Assembly: GCA_012862495.1 (NCBI GenBank)
Contig: BLSG01000421.1
Coordinates: 62,001 to 83,978 of the forward strand
DNA: 21,978 nucleotides
DNA from: Thraustochytrium aureum
Lineage: Eukaryota
Direction: 5' to 3'
Part shown: positions 1 through 9,400 of the stretch, in pieces
How positions within the stretch are numbered: the stretch's first letter is position 1
Layout: each line of letters starts with the position of its first letter
The notes under the pieces: model-generated
The model's input: the letters and a program-made list of their open reading frames with translations, nothing else
Database searches by the model: none
Told to the model about the DNA's origin: nothing
Position numbers and translations under genes: made by a program

Positions 1-375
1 TGGCGCTAAGGGCTTCCTGCATATCTATGTCTTTACATCTCAGCGGTACTCTGCGGCAAAGTACGCTGCAGCGGATTGCAGTCCAGGACAGTGCAGCACG
101 GGTATCTCAAATAGGGATTGCACAGCGCAACGCAACGCAGGCCAAGCCAACTTCAAACAGATGTGACTGTGGCAGTCTGCGCTCACGAGGACTTTCCACA
201 TAGAGCAGTTCAGCGTTTTCGTGAGTAAATGAGCCGCGGAAAGGAAAGGGAGAACGGACAAATCCTCGCATCTCAACGTAGCCCGAGATGCGGATCGATC
301 GCTGCTGAAGGACATGTCAGACCCCCTGCGCAGCGTGCGCTGCCAGGAAAGCTATACCAACAGGGTCGTCAACCC

Positions 376-2249
376 ATGCCGTGGCCGTGCAGGCCGCAGG
401 CCGCCAGGCGGAGAACCCGCATTTCGCCTGACGATGCGCTGCGCGAGGAAGCGACGCCGGCCACCGTTGCAAGCGAAGCAGGGTTGAGCGGGCGAGACGC
501 CCAAGTCATGCTGGAGTTCTTAGACTCGCTGGAGATGCGGACAGCGCTGGAACTTGGCGAGACAGGCAGGCTGGTGTTCGCTGAGGCTCCAATAGATGTT
601 ATTGATACACGGGCGACATTGGTCCGCTATCTCACCAACGTGGAGTTTGCCGCAGCATGGTTTGAATTCTCGAAGAAGCCCTGGGTCTCCTTTGCCATGG
701 CTATGGCTTGGGTTGTTGGACTGCTTATGTGCGGCTATGTGCTCATAAGCAAAGAGGAGGACCGGGGCCCTTATCTGCTCACGACTCTCAGCCTGCCCGG
801 CTCGATCATGCATCTCGGCCTTTTCAACACATCCAAAATAAAGAGGATGCTCGACCAGTTCGAGATTGTCTACCTCCTGGTGAACGGCTTGCTGTACATT
901 GGCACAGTGGCGTACCTCACGGGGGACCTGCCGCGGGTGTGGAGCGTGGTGGCCTTGTTCCCCTCCATTTGCATTTCACCGCTTGCGGATGCTGCCTCGG
1001 CCAACTCGCAGCGCGCAGTGTGGGACGTACTCCGATTCGTGATCTTTTTGGTTGGAGGCGTGCTGATTGCTCTAACGGCGCTGGCAATCTTCCGCGGAGT
1101 GCTCGAGATTGACCCAGAGCGAGAGCTACTCTGGGGCACATTCAGCATCAAAAGCCTTGCCTTCAGCACTGCGATCAACACCGCCCTACTCACGCTGAGC
1201 TTTGTGCATGTTTCGACGAGAAACAACGTTTTGCTCACCTCCAAGGTTTCGTCTGCGGTTCTCCCACTTCCAATTATCCGGGTTCTGGAAGACACGAAAG
1301 GGCTGCGCTCCGCCCTTGAACGTGCCGCAGACAAGGTGAATTCCAGAAGCGAGGGCGCAGGCCATCAGGTTGGCCAGCCTCGCCTCGTGCGCACTCTGGA
1401 GGCCACTTTCGTGCCCTTTCAGGTACATGCTCGGGAAACGCTCATTGCAAAGGCAGGACTGCCAAAGGTTTCCAACCTTCTGTACCGGGCTGTCAAGAGC
1501 AAGTTGATTGGGTTTGGGTGCTGGGCTTTTCGTTTATTTCCGGCATTGTTATCTTTTGCGTCACAGTCTCGGCGGCCGAGTACGATGCAAGCTTGGCACT
1601 ATTTTCTGTTCTCCTGCTCGTCCCGGCGTCGCTTTCTGACCTATCGCTCGTCAACCCCGTTCTGCTGCGCTGGGTATTCCGCCGCTTCAAGACGTGGTTT
1701 CTGGTGCTGAACTTTTGGGGGTTTGCGTTCTTATCAGGGGTTTGGTTTCAGACGGCCGTCGCAAAGTTCTCGTTCTACCTGCTCTGCACATTTTGCTTCA
1801 TGGGGACCGCTCTGAACGACATTGTGCCCAGCGGCTTGCGAACGGGGCTTGCCTTCCTTTTCCTTCCCGTGCAGGCAACCTTTCTGCTCTACTTTTTGGT
1901 CGCGCTGACCTTTCGAAAGCTGCCGCTTTTCGATGCAGGGACGACAGTATCGTTCCTGGGCGGCGAGCTCTCTGTGATCGGGCGCCTTGTCCCGTGCATT
2001 TTCAACCTCATCGGCTTTTGCCTCGACCAGCTCCTGCGCAAGGTTCACAAGCAAGCTCAGTTCTCGAGCATCATTGCTAAAACGCACAATGACAAGGCCC
2101 GGGAGGATATTGTCGCGGTCTTGGGCGTTTGTCTCCGACCTAAGCTCTTCCATCGCGTCTACTTGGAGCATCGGCGAATGCGGTTGCAGGAGGAGAACTC
2201 AAAAGGGGCGGAGCGCGGTTTGCCTCCCTGCGCAACAGCAGGCGCCTGA
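376..2249 (+). CDS. Uncharacterised polytopic membrane protein with two internal repeats; 1-nt frameshift near 1505-1518 joins ORF 229..1710 to ORF 1518..2249
   Basis: Both ORFs have multiple hydrophobic segments. The halves align: IDTRATLVRYLTNVEFAAAWFEFSKKPW...LGLFNTSKIKRMLDQFEIVYLLVN versus VHARETLIAKAGLPKVSNLLYRAVKSKL / ...LSLVNPVLLRWVFRRFKTWFLVLN. The second repeat starts in frame 1 and continues in frame 3. Start is uncertain (in-frame ATG at 229, 376 or 508). Confidence 0.7.
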
Positions 2250-2324
2250 AGCATGTGCTCCATGCGCTCGAGATGTGAGCGCGGCAAGACAGCTTCCTTT
2301 GTTGCCTAGCAGCAGCTTTCTTGG

Positions 2325-2482
2325 NNNNNNNNNNNNNNNNNNNNNNNNNNNNNNNNNNNNNNNNNNNNNNNNNNNNNNNNNNNNNNNNNNNNNNNNNNNN
2401 NNNNNNNNNNNNNNNNNNNNNNNNNNNNNNNNNNNNNNNNNNNNNNNNNNNNNNNNNNNNNNNNNNNNNNNNNNNNNNNNNN
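2325..2482. other. Assembly gap or masked run (others at 5758-5901, 13623-13751, 20072-20315; single N at 20434)
   Basis: Runs of N. Confidence 0.99.
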
Positions 2483-2556
2483 CGCAAACCTGCGACTGGA
2501 CTCGCTCGCGCTTGCAAGGCCAGGCGAATCTCCGTCGCTCTCCTCGTGAGCAGCAC

Positions 2557-5093
2557 CTACCGGTGAGATTTGCTGACCAAGCCTCGCGCCGTGGGATAGA
2601 GCTCCTCTGCGCCCTTCTCCTCCCGGTCTGCATGCCCCATTAGCGCCATAGAAATCGGGTCTTGGGCTGGGCCCTTACTGGAAGATGACCCAGAACGAGA
2701 TGTTCGGGTCCTGCCACTCCGCGAAGCCGTCCCAGGACGCGCGCTACTCCCTCCAGCAGCCGCACTCGCGCCCGAGGTAGCTCCACCACGGCTCCCTGAG
2801 CGCGAGCCGGACTTGCGACGTGAGCTGGACTTGCTGGACGTGGCGCGGCCGTAGTCGCCATCGCGCGCTTGGTCTTCACCGTTGTAGCTCACGTAGGGGT
2901 CAAATGTGGGCAAGTTTTCCGGGGCTGCTCCAAAAGACACTTCTGGTTCCTCCCCCTCCAACGCCGCCGTGAGCGCTGCCTGCACGCGCTGCGACATTGC
3001 AGCTCCCTCATAGTCCTGAGTGGTGCGCTCAGGGCCCTCCAACTCCAAGTTTACCACGTTCTCGCTCTTGTAGCGCGGGTTGTCGTCGTACTGGCTGCGG
3101 TGGGCCGCATAATCGGTCTCAGGGCGGCGAACTCGTGCGTTTGAGACTGGTCGTGTCGGACGGAGCTGATTGCCGGCAAACTCAAGCCGAGCAATCGTCC
3201 ACTGGTCGTTCTTTTCGTCCCACTGCGCCCGAGACTCGATCTTGCCCACGTCATCAGCAGGGATGAAATAGTCGATTGTGACTTGCTTGAGCTTGAGCTG
3301 CCGCGTCAGCTCGCGAATCGTGAAGAGCATATCTTCGCGCTCTTGCTGAAATCCCTCGTGCAGATCCTTGATCTCGGACTTGGCGCCCTGGTACTTTGCC
3401 CACAGCTTTTTCAGCTTTTTGGTCTTGACCTCGACCTCGTCCTGCAGCGACGAGTACTGCTCCTCTCGCAGGATCATTTCCTCCTCCTTTTCGACGACCT
3501 TGCGGGCGAGGATGCGCTCTTGCACGCGACGCTCCTCAAGCTCGACTTCCGCACGGCGCAGCTCTGCTTCTTGCTTTGCAGCTTTGTCCATGATCATGCC
3601 ACCGATAAGCAGCTTCTCCTCCATGGCCTTGAGTTTCTTTTGCAAAGCCTCCTTGGCTTGCTTGGCCTTGAGGGCCTGGTGCGCCTCCTTCTCTAGCTTG
3701 GCTTGCAGCTCTTCCTTCTCGCGCTTGCTCATGTGGTGCTCGGCCTCCATCTTTGCGATTTGCTCGCTGGCCTCCTTTTGAATGCGGCGCTTCTCTTCCT
3801 CCGCCTGCTGCGCCATTTCTTGCTTCATCTCCTCGATCTGCCGGGGGTCTGCGCCGCCCATCGCAGCACCGCCACCGGCAGCCATGCCTCCGGGCCCGAG
3901 AAGTGAGGGGTCGATCATGCCGCCATTCGCCGCGCCTGCTAGTTGTTCGCGGAGTCGCGTGATCTCCTCGGACATGGTCTTGAGGAGCGCCTCGCGGGCG
4001 TCGAGGTTCTGCTTGGGCTTGTTCTTGATCTTTTTCGCGCGGTTCGCGTACCTCAGCGTCGACAACGTCTCGTCGTAGTTGTACGAGGCCGGTCCGCAAT
4101 TGGCAATCATCACCGTCTTGGTGTTCCCGCCGAGGGAGTCCTGCAGCAGCCTGGTCAGCTTGGAGTCGCGGTATGGAATGTGCTGCGACTTGGACTCGAC
4201 AAGGGCCGAAATCACATTCCCCAACGCTGACAGCGACAGGTTGATCTTGGTCGCCTCGTCGAGCCGCTCGCCGGTGGCCCCCGTTTTGCTCTGCCGCTCA
4301 GACCCGGCCAAATCGACAAGGTTTAGCTTGCCCATCATCACCTTGTCTTCGCCAGTTAGCTCGTCCTTCTCGGACGTCTCGACGATGATCGAAAAGATCG
4401 AGTGCGAGCGGGACGACGTTTGGTTCATGCGCGTCGCGCCAACCTTGCGCTTGCCGTTGCCTTCCTGCATGAGTCGGTCAATCTCCGCCACGGACTTGAC
4501 GATCTCGATCCGCTGGTCCTTGACGTAGACGCCGCTGTCCACGCTTTCCTTGAGCTCGAGCGAGTTCTTCGGGTTGTTTGCCAGCAGGTCGCGGATGTTT
4601 TCCATGTAGATTTCGAGGTAGCTCGCGCGCACAAGGTACCGCTTCTTGCCCGAGCCCTCGGTGTTGATCTTGTCGAAGATGTGCTTGAAGCTGTTGGGGA
4701 TGATGCCCTTAAGCTCGGGCGGGTCGCGGCAGCCCTCCATTGTGTGCGTTTTGCCGGCACCCGTCTGCCCGTATGCAAAGATCGTGCCGTTGTACCCTTC
4801 GCAGACAGACTCTACGATGGCGGCGGCAGTCCGGTCGTAGATTTGCTTTTGCTGGGCGTTCGGGCCATAACCTGGTCAAACGTGAACGACTTGGGCGGCT
4901 CGCTATCGGACGAGTTTGGGTTTTTCAGAGTGATCGCGGCGCGCTCCTCGTCGGTGATCGCCACTGCCTCGTAGCCGTCCTGCTTTTCCCGGCTGTTGAG
5001 CGGTCGAACCCGCACGACGACGCGAACGCACTCGCCGGCCTTGCTCCGTCCGAGCTCGCGCGCCATCTTTTCCGCCGCCTTCGTCTCCGCCAT
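2557..5093 (-). CDS. KIF3B: Kinesin-2 motor subunit, KIF3B-like (~845 aa when the 1-nt frameshift at ~4869 is corrected)
   Basis: N-terminal VRVVVRVRP...KSFTFDQV (ORF 4812..5126) continues in the next frame as YGPNAQQKQIYD...GYNGTIFAYGQTGAGKTHTM (P-loop), SSRSH (switch I), LVDLAGSERQ (switch II) and HIPYRDSKLTRLLQDSLGGN. A coiled-coil stalk follows. Tail motifs PRYKSENVVNLELEGPERTTQDYEG and YPTARGLV resemble KIF3B tails. ATG at 5093 in context AAAAATGG. Confidence 0.9.
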
Positions 5094-5304
5094 TTTTCCA
5101 CAGGCTGTTTCCTTCCCCACCCACAATCGATCGCTCCTCCTTCCGGCGTGCTCGCGCGAGCCAAATCAGGCCTCAGGCCGGTTTCTGTCCTTCTGCACAG
5201 CGACGAACGAGGTCTTTGTCGTGGCTTGGACAGTTGACGTTTGGCCGCCGCGTGTCGTCTCGCTATCGCCGCCGCGCTCGGATGCGCGCCTGCCTTCCTG
5301 CCTG

Positions 5305-5358
5305 AACGACTGGCTGGCTGGCTGCCCGACTGGCTGGCTGAGACTGACTGCCTGACTG
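5305..5358. repeat. Imperfect tetranucleotide repeats (GGCT/GACT) upstream of the kinesin gene
   Basis: gactggctggctggctgcccgactggctggctgagactgactgcctgactg; a further (GGCT)n run lies at ~5589-5604. Confidence 0.6.
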
Positions 5359-5674
5359 GGGTCTGCCTGGCCGATGTCTGCTCGATGACCTGGTGCGGTT
5401 TCTTGCACAAGTTGCACGTTACGGCGCCACAGAACAAACATGATGCTCGAACTGGGTTACCGTTACTACCTTTGTGTTCTGCCGCGTTTACCCGAGTCCA
5501 GACAGACCTGGGGTGCTCGCATTGGCAGCGGAACAAAGCGACCGAGGGCAGGACCCCACCCTGACAACTGCCTCAGCCGCCCAGGTCAGGCTGGCTGGCT
5601 GGCTGCCGCGGTGCTCCGCGAAGCTGAAAACAAGGCAGCTTTACAAACTTGCAGCTCTCGCACGACTCGGAGAC

Positions 5675-5757
5675 GGCCTTCCTGCCCTTCGTGATTCAGG
5701 CCACCAGCGATTGGCGCGCCTTTCTTTCTGAGTTGCCAGCGACTGGCGCCCTCGACC
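5675..5757 (+). repeat. Dispersed repeat, copy 1 (runs into the N-gap)
   Basis: ggccttcctgcccttcgtgattca (5675-5698) matches 17302-17325 at 23/24 positions. Patchy similarity continues (ggcgcgc...gccagcg.ct..gcc.tcg). Confidence 0.6.
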
Positions 5758-6185
5758 NNNNNNNNNNNNNNNNNNNNNNNNNNNNNNNNNNNNNNNNNNN
5801 NNNNNNNNNNNNNNNNNNNNNNNNNNNNNNNNNNNNNNNNNNNNNNNNNNNNNNNNNNNNNNNNNNNNNNNNNNNNNNNNNNNNNNNNNNNNNNNNNNNN
5901 NTTGATCATCTCCGAGTTTGTGTCAACTCGCGCAACCTGCCAATCTTGCGCCGTCAGGGGAGTAAGTGCTGAGCCTCCAGCCCCGATTGGGCTGGTATGG
6001 CCAGGCTCCTCTGCAGCCCCAGACGACGCTAGCGAGCAAGCTCGAGTGGCGCAGCGAGTGGCGCAGCGAGGCGCGCAGTCGGGCGGCATTGTTGTGTTTG
6101 CAAAAGTCCACTTGCGGGTACTATTGAACTTCAAGGCTCGTATTGATGTCCGTTGGAAAGCAGGCGGCGAGCTGCAGAGTCCTTG

Positions 6186-6296
6186 CTGCGTGCGCCTGCC
6201 TGCGTGCCTGCGTGCGCGCCTGCGTGCGTGCGGGCCTGCTTGCTTGCTTGCTTGCGCGCGAGCGATCGTGCGATCGTGCGATCGTGCGTGCGTGCG
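6186..6296. repeat. Compound simple repeat (GCGT/GCCT, GCTT, GCGATCGT x3) upstream of the large gene
   Basis: Visible directly: tgcgtgcgcctgcctgcgtgcctgcgtgcg, gcttgcttgcttgcttg, gcgatcgtgcgatcgtgcgatcgtgcgtgcgtgcg. Confidence 0.7.
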
Positions 6297-6434
6297 AAGG
6301 GCGCTGGATCGCGCGAGGCTCAGTGCCCGAACGGGTCGGGGCGGGGCGGCCGCCAAAACCCGAGTCCCTCCTCCCTGTGCCGCGAGTCGCCTCGGACGAC
6401 GCCGCGGCAGCGAGCGCTAGTAGGTTGGTCGGGA

Positions 6435-9400
6435 ATGGCGCAGGACGGCGTTTGGGCGCTGAACGCGCTCGGCGCGGCGCAGGGGCTGTCGAGGTGCCGC
6501 GTTGCGCTGCCCGACTCGCTCGTGCTGCACGCGAACGGAGACCCTGACAAATGGCTATTCACCTCGAAGACTGGCGAGGTGGTCAAGAAGCGCAGCGCGA
6601 GCGTCGAGCTCCTGCGCGCGAGGTTTTGCCGAACGGCGGAGAGCGCAGACCCAACCCATTGCGTTGCTTATTTTCGCGACGGGCGCGCAGGGCTTATCCG
6701 GACATCGTCGATCGAAGAGCCGGCAGACCTCGCAGACGTCGCGGCAGTGCAGTGCATCGTTGCAAGCTCAAAAGGCAGGCCACGCACGCTGTACTCGAGC
6801 CGCTTTAAGAGCACGCCGGAGGGAAAGACGAACGTCGCTGTCGAAGCGAGCACAGTGACCTGGACACCTAGCAAAGGGATTGCGGTAGAACACGGCCTTG
6901 GAAGACAACTTGGACCGGCGGTGCCCTGCGGCAGCGCACCAGCGGCCAAGGCTGTCGAGGCGGCAACGGCGGAGCTCGCCCGGTTCCTGCAGGAAAGCGC
7001 TGGGGCGGCGGTGCGGGTAATGACTTGCGAGTTTGTCGTGGACGCAGCGAATGTGGCCTGGCTCACCTGGGTGTCGCGCGTGGAGCGAAGCGCACCGAAT
7101 CTTGCCGCGAACGAGAGCTCTGCTGCTCTGACCGTCGATAGCCAGTCCGAGCAACATGGTGGAGGCCCAGCTCGCCGGCGGCGTACGGCCGGGCGGAGGA
7201 GGCCCATCCCGGACGCTGTCGCCGTCTCGCCAAGACCAACCTCGCCGTCAGAGACGATGGCGATGGGCGTGCAGTTTACGCATGCAGAAAAGCAGCTTGA
7301 AGGCGATCGTTCGCCACACTCTGCCTCTCGGCAGCCCCAAAAGGGAGCATTCGCAGTATACAACCCTTCAGAGCAGCACCATGGAGCTGGTGCCCTTGGA
7401 CTCGGCGAGAGCGCCAACTTGGCTTGGCCAGCGCCAAATATCCCGGCGTTTGAGGAGGAGCTCGCTGGCTCAACGCGACACCGACGCGCAGGTCGAGACG
7501 GCAGTAAACGGGCTTCCAAGGTTGATAGCTCGCCGCAAGGGAAGCGTGACAGTATCGGGTCGCTGCCGAGCCAGCAAGCATGCCACGGCGATTTTTGCAA
7601 CTTTGCAATCCAGGAGCCTGAGCCGCTTGGCGACGTTGGCGCCAAGTCTAGTGCCGGCGGAGCGACTCCAGCCACCATCGCGCGCGCTCTGCTATCGGGC
7701 GACGAGCTCCAGTGCCTCGATCGCGTTGGAGGTTTGGCGCCAGGATTTGTAGCAAAACCTGGGCTCGAGGTGGAAGGGCGTCTGCTGCTGCCGATGAAGT
7801 CAATCGCGCTCGCGCGCAAGGAGAAGCGGGGATACATGCAGCTTCTTGGTGCGGGCGATGAGCTCGAGGTGGACGAATCCAAGCTCAAGGGGTACGAGCG
7901 AAAGAAGCGCCGGCCGAACGGCCCAGACCCCGCGCAGGTGCTTTCTGAAGAACGCGGTGGCGTGCCGCTTGGGCTGTACTACCAGCAAGTCGCGGTGTGC
8001 AGCAACTGCTACCGGGTGTATTCGACGCTGGACCGGGCAAGGGACCTCGTGCGAGAGGAGAAGCGCAGTGCAGAGCAAGCGCAGTCGCGCCGTCGTAGGG
8101 ACGGGAGCGCCGACGCGGCGCGAGAACAGCTCATACAACGGCTTTGTACAAAGCGAGGGCGGCCGCGCTCTCGTGACGCATCGGCAAGCGGCCTCGAAGG
8201 TGCACTCGCCAGCGGAGAGAGGGTGCAGACGCCCTCCCCAATTCGATCTGCGCGCAAGTACATGGAGGAGCTTCCAGGAATACTCCCGAGCGCATCGATG
8301 CCCGTTGTGCCGGTCGTCGACCTGCAGAGCCTAGAGGTGGCCAAGGTCAAGGAGAAGACCAGCGCTGTTGCCGCTGCAATCGTTCGCGCCTCTGACGGTG
8401 CCGAATGCACACGGGAGCAAACGCAGCAGCTCAAGGAAAAGCACCCCATGATGAGTTCGTTTGACAACCTGGATGGGTACCTTCGCGGTACTTTGAAGAA
8501 GCGGTATGGCGGAGGCGCGGGCACCGGCAACAAGCGCAACCGAGCGCGAGGAAGGAGAAACTGGGGGGGAAAACGCGCTGGAAAACGCGGCGACGACCGA
8601 GAAAGTGAGTCAAAGGACGGCGAAGGCGGCGGCTCTGTTGGCAAGAAGGCCCTCGCGCGAAAGTCAAGGTCGGGCCGGAACCAAGGTGTCGGAAACCGCG
8701 GTGCGAATCGGAAAGGCGGCGACTCCGACGGGGGTGGGTACCGCGGTCATGTTCTGCTTGTTGAGGAGGACGATGACGTTCGCGACGCGGTGATCACAAT
8801 GCTCGCAGAAGAAGAGTACGTCGTGACGGACTTTTCTGACGCTCCGCGCGCGCTCGAGCTCTCGCGGGACAACCACTTTGACCTGCTTCTGGTCGGCACG
8901 GAGTTGCCCACGTTTAGCGGCGTGGAGGTAGCCAAGATCATTCGCAAGCGCGAAAAGAAGCTCGACGCAGACCTCCGGCGCCTTCCGATTGTCGCTTTCA
9001 CTTGCAACACCGCTCCTGAGGACCTTCGCTGCTACAAAGAGTGTGGGATGGACGGCTGCGTGAGCAAGCCCGTAGATCGCGTGTCCCTGGTCAACACCGT
9101 GCGGGCTGCCATTCCGCACCACCGGCCATCCAACAAGGTCGCCTCGGAGACTCTTGGCAAACCACGCCAAGTGGGCCTCGCCGCCCAGCCGGCTACCAAA
9201 GGGCTTGTCACTTCGTCTGATGTTGCCAAGCTGACCCTGCCCACCCCCGCGGGGAAATTCGGCGCAGACATGGAGACGCTCTCGGCGGGCGTGTTCCAGT
9301 ACGACGCAGACACTTCGTTTCCGTACGCCGTTATGGGCGACAAAGTGGCCAACGCAAACCTCTTCAACTTTGTGGTGGTCAACGACCTGTTCGAGACGTA

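Noticed and set aside
1503..1520. Programmed -1 ribosomal frameshift at GGGTTTG
   Set aside because: The heptamer is not in the X XXY YYZ register of the upstream frame, and similar homopolymer indels elsewhere point to assembly error.
4852..4871. 20-nt GT...CAG micro-intron that would restore the kinesin frame
   Set aside because: It would delete the conserved VY and following loop (VYGPNAQ), has no branch point, and is far shorter than the 73-77-nt introns seen here.
6153..6434. N-terminal extension of the 2336-aa ORF from a TTG start
   Set aside because: Non-ATG start in a eukaryote, and the extension is translated simple repeat (ACVPACAPACVRAC). ATG 6435 is preferred.
8748..9113. Bacterial two-component operon or contamination
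   Set aside because: The REC domain is fused in frame to eukaryotic IQ, SAM and ankyrin modules, neighbouring genes have spliceosomal introns, and no histidine kinase is present in the window.
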